Source of the DNA: an uncultured Nitrososphaerota archaeon
Lineage (GTDB): Archaea > Asgardarchaeota > Njordarchaeia > Njordarchaeales > Njordarchaeaceae
Reading direction: 5' to 3'
Length of the DNA: 64,000 bases
NCBI GenBank assembly: GCA_964518475.1
Contig: CAZFGR010000009.1
Coordinates: forward strand, 1-64,000
The notes below the pieces were generated by a model that saw only the letters and a program-made list of their open reading frames with translations, did no database searches and had not been told where the DNA came from. Shown one piece after another: positions 1 to 11,200 of the stretch. Every line of letters begins with the position of its first letter. The first letter of the stretch is position 1. The translations under genes and the position numbers were made by a program.

Positions 1-557
1 TCGTCAATATTCGGAGCGACAAGATATGGATAATGAGGTTGAATGAAGTGAATTATTAGTCTCTTATCCGGATATTTCTTAAGCGCTTTAAGAGCATATT
101 TATACATAGTTGAAGGGAGAACTGTACGGTATCTCTCATCCCAACCAGTTTTCCACACTGAAACTATCCTAAAAAATCTCCCCCTAAGTACTTTATCCAC
201 GAAAGGGTTCGCTGTAACGTATACTATATCCTCGTAGTAATCTTTGAGACTGAAATTCTCCAATAAAAAAGATAATGTATCCGTTCCTCTAGAAATTCTA
301 TACTCCAGCCTTCCCCTGAGTTTCCTCTTTTTGTAGATTTCTTCAAAAACATCATATCTACAAGCATCAAGTATTATCAGATTATCCCATTCCTCCTCCA
401 GAATATAAGTACCATCATTCCTAAATAATATGGGAGAAAGAATCGATTGAACAAGAAAATTTCTCCACCAATAGATGTCTCTATAGTGTTTGCGTAAACG
501 TGGAAGAAGATTATGAACTTTCTTTCCCATATTTCTCAGTAAAGAATTAATCTTCAA
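1..557 (-). CDS. Sulfatase-like (alkaline phosphatase superfamily) protein, 3' end outside window
   Basis: Not in ORF track because it runs off the edge. Manual translation from TTG 557 / ATG 530 gives ...EEEWDNLIILDACRYDVF...VYVTANP...IIHFIQPHYPY, motifs of archaeal sulfatase-like proteins found in glycosylation loci. Confidence 0.75.
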   Translation of the reverse strand, partial: MKINSLLRNMGKKVHNLLPRLRKHYRDIYWWRNFLVQSILSPILFRNDGTYILEEEWDNLIILDACRYDVFEEIYKKRKLRGRLEYRISRGTDTLSFLLENFSLKDYYEDIVYVTANPFVDKVLRGRFFRIVSVWKTGWDERYRTVLPSTMYKYALKALKKYPDKRLIIHFIQPHYPYLVAPNID

Positions 558-731
558 TTCTTATCCCTTCCCCTAGAGCTTTCGCAACATTTTGGGTAAA
601 GAATACTCGTTTTAATGCTCCTGATGTACTAGCCAGTCGTATACTGTTATTATATTCTCAGAATTGAAGAAGATAAAATAAAGAAGTGATGGGTTATTAA
701 TTCTTGGTATCTTAAATAAAATGGGTTTGCT

Positions 732-2057
732 CTAAACTGGTTTCTTTGGAAACACTTTGAAACCTAAGAAAATCGCTTCGCTACCTAGAATCTCCTCAAT
801 TCTTAATAACTGGTTATACTTTGCTGTTCTTTCTCCCCTAGCGGGAGCTCCCGTTTTTATTATTCCAGTGGCTAGACCTACTGCTAAATCTGCTATTGTT
901 GTATCTTCTGTTTCGCCGCTTCTGTGGCTCATTATCGTTCTATAACCTTCTCTTTTCGCTAGCTCTACTACCTCAATGGTTTCGCTAAGCGTGCCTATCT
1001 GGTTCGGTTTTACTAAAATAGCGTTCGCAGCACCTACGTTAATGCCTTTGAGGAGCCTCTCTTTATTCGTTACGAATAGGTCGTCTCCGACAATCAGTAT
1101 TTTCTTGCCTAATTTCTTCGTTATCTGAGAGAACCCTTCGAAGTCTTCCTCGTGTAAGGGATCTTCGATGCTTATTATGGGATACTCGTTAATAAGCTCT
1201 TCATAGAAATCGATTAGTTCTTCTCTCGTTAGTTCTTTTCCATCAATTCTGTATCTCTTCTTATCTTCATCATAAAACGAGGACGCGGCTGCATCGAGTG
1301 CAAGAGCAATACTGTCCGAGGAATAGCCAGCTTTTTCAATAGCTTTTACAAGCATGTCAAGGGCTTCTCTAGTATTTCTCATGGGGGGAGCAAATCCTCC
1401 CTCGTCCCCGACATTAATGGCTGATTTACCATACTCGGATTTAAGAAGATCTTTTAGCGCATAATAAACCTCGCAACCCATTCTCAGTGCTTCAGAGAAA
1501 CTATCTGTACCAGCTGGCACGATCATAAACTCCTGTATTGCTAGCTCATTCCCAGCATGCTTTCCGCCATTAATTATGTTCATTAAAGGCACTGGCAAAA
1601 CCCGAGCTAGTAGCCCCCCGATGTATCTAAAAAGAGGCAGCCCATATGTATCAGCAGCTGCTTTCGCAACAGCCAATGAAGTAGCAATGGTAGCATTCGC
1701 TCCTAGCCGAGACTTATTTGGTGTTCCATCGAGCTCTATTATTTTCTTATCGATCTCCCACTGTTTTCTAGAATCCATACCTATTAAAGCTTCCGCAACT
1801 TCAGTATTTACCAGTTCTACCGCTGAAAAAACACCTTTCCCTAAAAACCTTTTGTCAGAAGCGTCTCTCTTTTCGATAGCTTCGAATTTGCCTTTGGAAG
1901 CCCCCGCTGGGGCTGCGGCCCTTCCTACCCCATTTCCTTCCGTTACGACTTCCACCTCAATAGTTGGATTTCCACGCGAATCTATTATCTGGCGAGCCTT
2001 GATGAGCGCTATATCAAAATTAGCATCATTCTCGATTAGTAGCGGATAATACGCCAT
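732..2057 (-). CDS. eno: Enolase
   Basis: [30 protein letters not shown] and [16 protein letters not shown] motifs; start refined to ATG 2057 after a GGTGGTG RBS. Confidence 0.98.
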   Translation of the reverse strand: MAYYPLLIENDANFDIALIKARQIIDSRGNPTIEVEVVTEGNGVGRAAAPAGASKGKFEAIEKRDASDKRFLGKGVFSAVELVNTEVAEALIGMDSRKQWEIDKKIIELDGTPNKSRLGANATIATSLAVAKAAADTYGLPLFRYIGGLLARVLPVPLMNIINGGKHAGNELAIQEFMIVPAGTDSFSEALRMGCEVYYALKDLLKSEYGKSAINVGDEGGFAPPMRNTREALDMLVKAIEKAGYSSDSIALALDAAASSFYDEDKKRYRIDGKELTREELIDFYEELINEYPIISIEDPLHEEDFEGFSQITKKLGKKILIVGDDLFVTNKERLLKGINVGAANAILVKPNQIGTLSETIEVVELAKREGYRTIMSHRSGETEDTTIADLAVGLATGIIKTGAPARGERTAKYNQLLRIEEILGSEAIFLGFKVFPKKPV

Positions 2058-2196
2058 ATACACCACCAATTTATCCAAAAATGTTTGAGATAAATATTAA
2101 GATATAAAGATACGTTGCGATGGATTTAAAGACGAAGCACAAACCAGAATCTTGACCTGGTTATAATTAGCCATCTTTGCCAAAAAAGTAGATAAA

Positions 2197-2266
2197 AAAT
2201 GTTACAACATTTCAGCAGGGTTTCTTGCTATGAAATTCTGAGACAGTTAAAAAATGTTATAAATTT
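2197..2266. promoter_or_regulatory. Palindromic candidate operator AAATGTT-AC-AACATTT plus a degenerate second copy upstream of eno
   Basis: Inverted repeat at 2197-2212; related AAATGTTATAAATTT at 2252-2266. Confidence 0.3.
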
Positions 2267-2283
2267 CTGGGGACTGTTAACGA

Positions 2284-5200
2284 TTATACTTTTATTCTAC
2301 GCTTTCTAACTATGGTTATGGTAATTACTAGTAAGACTGCTATAACTCCTACTGAGATAAGGATGTATAGGAAATTTGTTCTACCTTTGCTCTCTGTAAC
2401 AACGTATGAGTACTCTTCACTCACTGCCCAATTACCAGCATTATCACATGCATAAATCTTGAATCTTACTTTTGTATTCGCAGGTTGTGCAGGGATAGTA
2501 CCTTCATATAGTCCTGTTGCTGAATTATATGTCAGTGTTACGTTTAGCCATGAAGTTCCATTAAAGTAACTCAATATAGCTATCTTTACCCCTATCGGAT
2601 CACTAATATTAGCGTATACAGTCACATTATCTTTCTCGGTCGGATTTTGGGGATCCCAATAAACTCCTGTAATCGTTGGAGGCTCTGAATCGATAACGTA
2701 TTGATTTTCTTCAGTTATATAGCTATTTCCATAGATATCTTCTGCATAGATCCTAATCCTTAATACTGTTCCGCTTTCTTGAGCAGGAATGACACAGTAA
2801 TAAAGATGCGTTGATAGATCATAATTCATCGCTACCTTTACGTAGTTTGAGCCATTCGAATACAGTAGCGTAACATTTTTTAATGGGCTCCAATCAGACA
2901 CTAAGCAATAGACCTTGATTTCACGCCCCTCACTCAGGTTCATTGGTTGTCCATGAGTATCTAAATAAATAATCGCGATACTCGGTGCGCGAGAATCATT
3001 TTTGTTCCAGTTACCCCACATATCCGTTATATACAGGGTCAGAATAGCGCCTCTCAACCATTCAGCATTAACTATACTCAACTTACGTGAGCCATGATAA
3101 ATATTCGTTAGTTCTTCTGGACCTAGCAAATCACCCGCTAATGGCCCGGGATACCCTAACCATGGGAACTCTAGTTCAAGATAGGGTGGATCAAGTTGTC
3201 TCAGATATGGACCAAGGAAATGATAAAAACCGAAGTATCTAAGTTGATCCTTGCCCCCACTACTTCCCAGATAACTCTCATCTACAACTGTGTAATTAAA
3301 CTCTATTCTATAATGTGTTTCATTAACCCATTCTCTCTCGAGACTGTCTATAGCTATAGACGGCCCATTCGCATCCGTTATAGCTGGTATTTCTACTGGG
3401 TTCTCTAATGGGTAATAGTCATAATAACCAGGGCAAACCTCGTAAGGAATCGTTTCCTTATCCCAATCATCCCAATAATTCCCAACCGGAGGATCACGGA
3501 ATCCGTATAAGATTTGGGAAATATTTAGGTAGAATACTCCCGATTCCCATAATCCTCCGGCGCCGCCAGGCCCCGCTAGAGCATGTTTATCGTTTCCGAT
3601 AAAGTTGTTTTCATAGATATTACATCCGGTCAAATTTACGTATATTCCAATATGGTTGAAAGATATCTCGTTTTTCTGAATCCTCATGTAATAATTTGTA
3701 TATCCCCAACCAAAATCCATATAGATTCCGTAGGTATTATTCCTTATATAGTTCCCAACAATCCTCGTATCTGCCCCTAGATTTTCGAGATGATTCCAGT
3801 GCAGTACTCCCTGTTCTGTACATTTATAGATAAGAATACCCGCGAATGAGTGATTATAGATCTTGCTATTTAGTATTGTGTTGACTGGGCACTCCTCTAG
3901 ATAAATCCCGTTATGACCGGAGTATATTGTGCAGTTGTAGATTTTTATCATGCTGCTTTCCCAGCAGAAGATATTATTTCCATTCGTGATCCCTATCTCG
4001 CTATCTTTAATTGTCACGAAGTTACTACCTATCACTATAATGTTAGTGTAAGCATTATCCAGGACTCGGCACTGAGATATGACTATTTTCGCTGCTCCTC
4101 TACTAGGAATTTTCCGGTCTCTCCACATTTTGATTAGTGACCTTAGCCTTGCTCCAGCATCATATATATCTGGCGACTCTACGCATATTCCCACATTATT
4201 ATTAATCACAGTATTATTGAAGAAATCTACGTATGAAGAATTAACAATCGCCACGCCTATATCATTATTATAGATCAAGTTATTCCCTATTATGGAGCAA
4301 TCTCCATTATATAGTAGAATCCCAAAGTGATAGTTGTCGTGAATAACACTATTTAATATTACAGCATTCCTTGTCTCTATGCAGAGACCGCCTCTATCTA
4401 GTGGTCCAAACAATCCAGCTCCAGAGATCTCTGAATTCTCGATGAATATTCTGGATCCTGCTCTAGCCACAATATAGTATTTACCAGTATCACGCATTAT
4501 TCTCGAATTTATTACATACAATGAAGCTCCGGGGAGGACTTCTATTTTTATCGGCTTAACATTACCCCTAACAATGATACTTGAGTCTTTAATAACTAGT
4601 TCCGAGTTCACTATGAGGTCTCTGTCTAAGTATATAGTCTCACCATCAAATACGGTGTATTTATCGATCGTTAGAGGCTCTTTATAATCGAAATGTGGAC
4701 GAACCTCGATACTGGTTAATATAGATACTTTCGGGATTGTTATCGATACCTTATCCCCAATAATCTCGTATGGTAGCTCGATACCATCTATGTAGTCTTC
4801 ACTGTAGAGCCATATTGATAATTCCTTTCCCTGGAGCTGTGGAGGCAAAGTAAAGTTAAATTTGACATTATATGCTCTGATAACTTTATCTTTCTCAAAA
4901 TCGTAGTCATAATTAATTATGTGAAACACTAATCTTGTCCCATCAGGGTCAAGGAACCTATAAACATGGGCTCTTGGGGATAAATCGGTCTCTATATCTC
5001 TCGACACATAATTATTGATTATGCTTCTAAACCTCTCTAAAATAGACATTGTTTGGGAATCGTGCCTAGTGCTTTTTGCTCGCTTAATTAAGTAATCTCT
5101 CAGCGAAATATCCTTTATTGATACGATTAAACCAGATCCCACACTGCGTACTTGACCATCAAAATATGTTGAGAACTCCCTATTAACCGGTTCACCGTAT

Positions 5201-6879
5201 TCATTATACTTAGCGATGTCACCGATCCCGATAATTACTCCACCGTTCTCAACGTATTGTTGAAGCAAGTTGACTTGATCGTCGGTCAAGCATAGAGTTT
5301 CTGGCAAAATAATTGCTTTGTATTTTAGTAGTTTTGACAATGAAGGAGTTGCGTTCGTCCATATGTTGTCTCCAAAGAGAATCACATCGAAGGGAATATG
5401 TGAATCCGCTAGTAAGTAAAATGTCCCCTCAAAACCATCGTCGTTTCCTCGTTGCACGCTAGAAGCTAGGTTTAGTTTATCGAGATTTATAGCAGTTGCT
5501 GTTGAGAATACTAATCCTACTTCTCCAAATGGGGTATTATTAGTGAATAATTCTGGATTCTCTTGGACAAGTCTCACAAATTGACTAAAATGTGTCCTGT
5601 TTATGCATTCGCCTTTACCGTATTCCACTTGTGGTGTTACTGGTATTTGTCCTCCAAAAACTATTACTTCGGATAATGCTAGGTATTGCTCTTCAGGATC
5701 CATCGTTTTGTTCCATCCATTACTATACCACCCAGTAAAACCTGTTGCTCCAAGCGAACTCCAAGGATATATCCATAAGTTAAAGGTTTTGTTTAAACAG
5801 CGTAGAACCCATAAATCCTTGCTCGATGTGCGATTGGGATAGTCCTGGTTACCCGAAATCCAGCAATATTCCCAATTAACACCATCAACATCCAAGAGAA
5901 CGGGGAGATCAATTGGTGTAATCCCTATTCTCGTTGATACGTAGAAGTCTCTCCCGGTTTCTTCTTCCCATTGCTTAACATTTTTCATCAATATTCTATA
6001 AAACTCTATGAGAATCATTAAATTGAATTGCCTAAACTCTTCCCAAAGTGCTTCAGCGTACTTATCACCTTTAGGTCCATCAATCCCTGGATGCGCTATA
6101 ACCGTATTACCAACAGCGACAGAATTATGGTGATATCCAAGATCTCTCAGATATTGTGTAAAATTAAATGTCGTGATATCACTGATATTGAATTTCTCCT
6201 TTAGCTCTGCGGCGCTATACTTCGAGGCTAGGTATTGATTGAACCTTTGCATAGTCTCTGGATCAAAACTACCATAATACATAAGACCGTCTCCACCGTC
6301 GAATTCTACGCCATCAAAACCAGCATCAAAGATGAACCTTAGAAACTCAATAAAGAATTCTTGCCAAGCACTTCTCCCTTCGTACCCTATGGTATATGGG
6401 AGATCCACGTAATAGGTCCCATTGAGATCCATGGGGGCTATATCCCGTATTGATAAGTTCCAGTGCTCTAGAAAGTTTTTCCTCTCACTTAAGCTACTGA
6501 AAGGCATATAGAGGACAACTTTCATCCCGACTCCGTGAAGCTCGTATAGTTTAGCTTTAGCTATTTCGAATTCTCCTTTATAATCAAGTCGGAAAAAGTC
6601 TCCAATTATCGTTACTGTGAATGGGTAATTAGTGAATTTTCCTGCTCCTCCAAACTCTAGTTGATGAAACATTGCACTATACGGTGGCTTTATAGAGTGG
6701 GTTCTTATCTGTATTTTAGGTAGTGAAGTAATGCAGGTCCGTGCATTAAGTTCCTTCCTCTTCATCGCTTCTGTAACTAAGTAGGAATTTTGTGCAAGAA
6801 GATGAGTGGGGCAACTCTGGAGAAGCAGGAGTGTAATGAGAAACGCAATTAAAGTTTTTCTCAATAATCGATTATACAT
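2284..6879 (-). CDS. Large membrane-anchored secreted protein: glycoside-hydrolase-like TIM barrel, GATase-like trimerisation domain, right-handed beta-helix (NosD/CASH), Ig-like domains, C-terminal TM
   Basis: Signal peptide; GFDGVEFDG; HIPFDVI...YKAIILP...YVENGG; many N-x-I-x-N-N-x-x-GI repeats; GNYWDDW; IYAxDxxGN Ig repeats; TM followed by KRRIKV. Confidence 0.7.
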   Translation of the reverse strand: MYNRLLRKTLIAFLITLLLLQSCPTHLLAQNSYLVTEAMKRKELNARTCITSLPKIQIRTHSIKPPYSAMFHQLEFGGAGKFTNYPFTVTIIGDFFRLDYKGEFEIAKAKLYELHGVGMKVVLYMPFSSLSERKNFLEHWNLSIRDIAPMDLNGTYYVDLPYTIGYEGRSAWQEFFIEFLRFIFDAGFDGVEFDGGDGLMYYGSFDPETMQRFNQYLASKYSAAELKEKFNISDITTFNFTQYLRDLGYHHNSVAVGNTVIAHPGIDGPKGDKYAEALWEEFRQFNLMILIEFYRILMKNVKQWEEETGRDFYVSTRIGITPIDLPVLLDVDGVNWEYCWISGNQDYPNRTSSKDLWVLRCLNKTFNLWIYPWSSLGATGFTGWYSNGWNKTMDPEEQYLALSEVIVFGGQIPVTPQVEYGKGECINRTHFSQFVRLVQENPELFTNNTPFGEVGLVFSTATAINLDKLNLASSVQRGNDDGFEGTFYLLADSHIPFDVILFGDNIWTNATPSLSKLLKYKAIILPETLCLTDDQVNLLQQYVENGGVIIGIGDIAKYNEYGEPVNREFSTYFDGQVRSVGSGLIVSIKDISLRDYLIKRAKSTRHDSQTMSILERFRSIINNYVSRDIETDLSPRAHVYRFLDPDGTRLVFHIINYDYDFEKDKVIRAYNVKFNFTLPPQLQGKELSIWLYSEDYIDGIELPYEIIGDKVSITIPKVSILTSIEVRPHFDYKEPLTIDKYTVFDGETIYLDRDLIVNSELVIKDSSIIVRGNVKPIKIEVLPGASLYVINSRIMRDTGKYYIVARAGSRIFIENSEISGAGLFGPLDRGGLCIETRNAVILNSVIHDNYHFGILLYNGDCSIIGNNLIYNNDIGVAIVNSSYVDFFNNTVINNNVGICVESPDIYDAGARLRSLIKMWRDRKIPSRGAAKIVISQCRVLDNAYTNIIVIGSNFVTIKDSEIGITNGNNIFCWESSMIKIYNCTIYSGHNGIYLEECPVNTILNSKIYNHSFAGILIYKCTEQGVLHWNHLENLGADTRIVGNYIRNNTYGIYMDFGWGYTNYYMRIQKNEISFNHIGIYVNLTGCNIYENNFIGNDKHALAGPGGAGGLWESGVFYLNISQILYGFRDPPVGNYWDDWDKETIPYEVCPGYYDYYPLENPVEIPAITDANGPSIAIDSLEREWVNETHYRIEFNYTVVDESYLGSSGGKDQLRYFGFYHFLGPYLRQLDPPYLELEFPWLGYPGPLAGDLLGPEELTNIYHGSRKLSIVNAEWLRGAILTLYITDMWGNWNKNDSRAPSIAIIYLDTHGQPMNLSEGREIKVYCLVSDWSPLKNVTLLYSNGSNYVKVAMNYDLSTHLYYCVIPAQESGTVLRIRIYAEDIYGNSYITEENQYVIDSEPPTITGVYWDPQNPTEKDNVTVYANISDPIGVKIAILSYFNGTSWLNVTLTYNSATGLYEGTIPAQPANTKVRFKIYACDNAGNWAVSEEYSYVVTESKGRTNFLYILISVGVIAVLLVITITIVRKRRIKV

Positions 6880-7030
6880 TCATTACACCGCTATATTCCT
6901 TAAATTGGTGATTCAAAAAAATACATATACACTCGTATTAAACGGGATTAATCCACAGATTTATTGTTTTCTATCTTGATGATTTGAGGAAATTCATATT
7001 AGATAGCTCTAAATGTATGATGCTTATTGT

Positions 7031-8104
7031 CTAAATCCTTTCTGCTAACGGTTTTTCACCGTAGAATTCAGCGAATGTAGTGACATTCTTCCTTAGTTTT
7101 TTAGCTAGTCTATAAACCTCTCCTAATCTCTTTCTAAATCTCCTATCCCTAGTAACGTGGTGATCAAGAAAGATAATTTTGGTCTCAGTCTCCTTGATTA
7201 TTCTAGAGATGTTTTCTAGGGATCGCCTAAAATTTATCAAGTTTAATGTATAGGGGATCATGTATGTAGCGGGACCATCAAGGAATAAAATATCGGGATT
7301 CTCAGAGATTATCCAATTCGCGTAATCCTCTATTATGGGGCCGTTTAGATCAGATGTATAGAGTATCTTCACATCTTCTTTTTCAATGATTATTGGTACG
7401 ACCCAACCCACTCTAGAGAATTCTATACCGTGAAACATTGGCTTAAGGAATCTTATAGTAGTTTTCCCAAAGCTGATCCTCTTGTTGTCAATGAATCTCC
7501 ACTCCGTAGTTCCTAGATTAATCTCTGGTATAATTTTCCAAGTATTCCACTTCACTACTAACCTTTGGAACCATTTTAGTCCTTTCTCTAAAAGTTCCTT
7601 TCTTCTAGTATTGTAGTCCCCAAAATCTTTGTCAAGAGCCACCTTTAATTCGTCGAGTGGATTGCGCGGTTCTAAGACTTTCTTGCGAGCAGTAAACTCA
7701 AGGTTCTTGTTGGTTAAGTATCTATACAAGGAGGTAAAGAATTCCTCTGCACGTTTTCTCTGGGATTCATTAATAAACTCGTTCGGGTTTTTAGCTAGGA
7801 TTAATTTACTCTTATAGATTTCCAGTAAACTAGGTTTGAAATGGTCATAGTGATAATGAGTGATCGTGATTATATCCGCTTTCTCCGCAAATCTTCGTAT
7901 TCTTTTTAGTGCTTTCTCTAGAAGGATTCCTTTCTCTCTCTCATCTAATGGAAAAGAAGGCTGCATAGCTGAGACGCCAGCATCAATGAGTACTTTGACA
8001 TCCCCAGTATTTATGAAGATACTGAACGATTTAGCTCCCATAGAATCGGACCATATTGGGATGATCTCAATATCTGAAAGAACGATCTTTCTTTCTTTTC
8101 TCAT
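7031..8104 (-). CDS. Metallo-beta-lactamase-fold hydrolase (UPF0282-like)
   Basis: DSMGAKS, LIDAG, THYHYDH, FHG, YTSD and DHH motifs. Confidence 0.85.
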   Translation of the reverse strand: MRKERKIVLSDIEIIPIWSDSMGAKSFSIFINTGDVKVLIDAGVSAMQPSFPLDEREKGILLEKALKRIRRFAEKADIITITHYHYDHFKPSLLEIYKSKLILAKNPNEFINESQRKRAEEFFTSLYRYLTNKNLEFTARKKVLEPRNPLDELKVALDKDFGDYNTRRKELLEKGLKWFQRLVVKWNTWKIIPEINLGTTEWRFIDNKRISFGKTTIRFLKPMFHGIEFSRVGWVVPIIIEKEDVKILYTSDLNGPIIEDYANWIISENPDILFLDGPATYMIPYTLNLINFRRSLENISRIIKETETKIIFLDHHVTRDRRFRKRLGEVYRLAKKLRKNVTTFAEFYGEKPLAERI

Positions 8105-8254
8105 ATATTTTCACGGAGATGTGTTAATTTCTCTAGCAAGACTTAATAACTATTAACTCGAGCATTTATCACATTATATGGTATTATTTTTTATTTTTAT
8201 TTCATTTCTTGTTTACAATTCTTATCACTTTTAGGAAAGTTTATTCTCAGGCTT

Positions 8255-11200
8255 TCATGTGGCCTCTTTTACGGGTCTCTTCTTTGATAAGTAGATCTTT
8301 ATATTAAGCGCCGCTAGCACTCCTATTAGAACTACAAGACCTATTAGATAAGGCGTTACTGATGGCTTCTGGATAATCTCCTCAGACACTATCTCGAAAT
8401 AGACTGCTGTTACACCCTTATTCCCAGCTGTGTCTATCGCCATAATTTCTAAACGATGTTTACCTTCTAATAATTCTGTCAAATCTATTATGTAGTAATT
8501 CCTACCAATTACCTGCCAGCTCCCATTATCAAGTCTTATCAATACCTTCACTACTGGGCTACGGTCACTTATCACCCATCTGATTATTACCGAATCATTA
8601 CTAAGAACGGTATTGTTTCTTAGGCCTATTATGCGAATTTCTGGTGGGGTATAGTCGATCGTAATCACTACCAATGTAGATCCGATATTACCTGCTTTAT
8701 CAATCGCTAGAAGTTCGATTATGTATCTTCCCTCAGAGAGATTACCTAATACATATTCATTACTCCCCGTTACATTAATCCAAGAACTACCGTTTATTCT
8801 CAGGAGAATTGATGATAAACTTTTGTCGTAGCATGACCATTTAATGATAATTAAGCTTTGATTTGTATACGTGTTGTTTCTGGGCGATAATATCTCAACA
8901 CGCGGAATCTCTGTGTCAATAAAGAAAATAACATGTTTAGTTACTCTATTGCCAGCTTTATCAATTGCAATAATTTCTAGAAAATGAGAACCATCAGATA
9001 ATCCGGATAAGGAAATGTTTCCATCTAGCAAGATCCATGCTTCTCCGTCTATTCTAAGCCAGACTTCCTTAAGCCCGCTTAGAGAATCTTTACATACCCA
9101 CTCTATTCTAATCGTAGACGCATTATAGTAACTACTATTTATTGGTGTTAAGATATCTAAACTCGGGGCCTTCGTATCAATATAGACTATAACCTGTGCT
9201 ATGTCTTGATTCCCAGCTCTATCATAAGCTACTAGGGTTATTTCATATATTCCATCTGAAAGCTCTATTGTGTAACTTGTTACGTTCTCATCAGTTATAG
9301 TAACTATTACAGTATCATTCATCGCAATTGTAATGTTTTTGAGATTCTGCTCTGTTAATCTCCATTCGATCTCAACTCTTGACGCGTTTAAGTAGGTTCC
9401 ATTAGCTGGCGTTACTATATCTATCTCAGGCTCCACGGTATCGATTATGAAAACTATTTTAATCTCGTTCCTATTCATGGCTTTATCGTAACCAATAATC
9501 CTTACTACGTGTTCGCCCTCGCTTAAATTCTCTAGAAGTAGACTAGTGTTCGAGCCAACGTTATATCGTGTGGTATTATCTACTATTATCTCGAAATGAT
9601 CAATATGATCCTCGCTGTAACTCCAGCTTATGTTGACCTCGCTTGTCGCTAAATAACTATTGTTAGTGGGACTTATGATCATGATTTCGGGGGGTACGTA
9701 ATCAATTATGATGTAGATACTGGAAATATTCACATTACCAGCGTGATCAATTGCTTTTACACAAATAATATGCTGACCATAAGAGAGTTTCTCCGCAGTA
9801 TATGATGTATTAGAACCTACATTAATCCATGAGCCATTATCTATACTGAGCTCGTAGTGATGAATTCCCGAATATTCATCAGTGCCACTCCACCTAATAG
9901 TTATCGACGTCTCATTAGTGATCGTGTTATTTAGTGGTTGAGTAATAGTTACTTTTGGTATCTCTTCATCAACGGTTACTAAAATCATTGTTTCTTTAGC
10001 TAGTCCTGAAACTGGTACTACTCGGATAGTTATGTACCAAGATCCATTGCTGAGAAGCAAATCGTGGTTCCTAGTACTTGCATTCAATGTACACTTTAGC
10101 AGATTGTTTAAGTATATTTCAAAGTATGATGGGACTAATCCAAAGATGTCCCAACGCAGTGTAACGAGTTTCTGCGCAAATACGGAGTTATTCTCAGGAT
10201 AAGTAACCCAAATCTCTGGAACTGGGTCAATGATTCTTAGACCATAAGAAGAGGAAACAAAGATTTCACTCACTACATCATTGTCGTTATCCATTATGGA
10301 CGCGTAGGAACTGTGTAGCGATTCCCCATACGTATTAGTTATGGTTAGATTTTCTATCAGCAAAGCTACGCTTCCTCTTTCGAAGATTATTGCTATCTGA
10401 TAATCGTTTCCTCCTTTCCAGTTAACTACGAATCCGTCGGTAATGGGGTTAGAGAAAGAGCGCTGGTTAATGATTTCGAGCGTTGATGCATTTAACAAAG
10501 AGACTCCATTACTTGAGACTACAGCAATTACGCCTGAGGCTTGGTAATGTGGGTAAATTCTTACTATTTTTCCTTGGTTAAGGCTTGTTGTTGAAACGCT
10601 GGATCTGGCATAAATAATGCTTATATCGCTTAAACTGGTACCTCCGAGAATCTCTGGATTATTATCTCCGTTAATATCTGCTAAGGAGACAGCAGTTACT
10701 TCTCCATTCCCTACCTTTAAAGATGCTTCTATGCTTCCGTCAGGAGATAACACTATTAATGAGCCATTATTAAGCCCAGCAAATATCTCGACTACACTAT
10801 CACCGTCATCATCACCAGTAACTAGTGCTGTAACATTTACCCCTATTAGTAACAATTTTTGGAAACCAGTAGAGTTTATGATCGCTATACTACTTGATGT
10901 TCCCACTATAATTTCTTTACCAGTATCTTGCAATACATCAGCGATAGTCATGACTTGGGACGGACTAGAAAGCGTGATTTGCCAAATTTTTTGACTCGGG
11001 TATCGGTAGGATAAGATAGTACCGTTGGCTAAGCCAATTAAGTATTCATAAATATTATCCCCATCAATGTCGTCTCCGAACAAGTAAGTTATTGGATTCC
11101 CTAAATGGATTAATGTGATATCAGTTAGATCGCTTTCACTTACCAATAAGTCACCGCTAGGAGCTGCAAGAACGTATTCTATTAAGCCATCGTTATCCAA

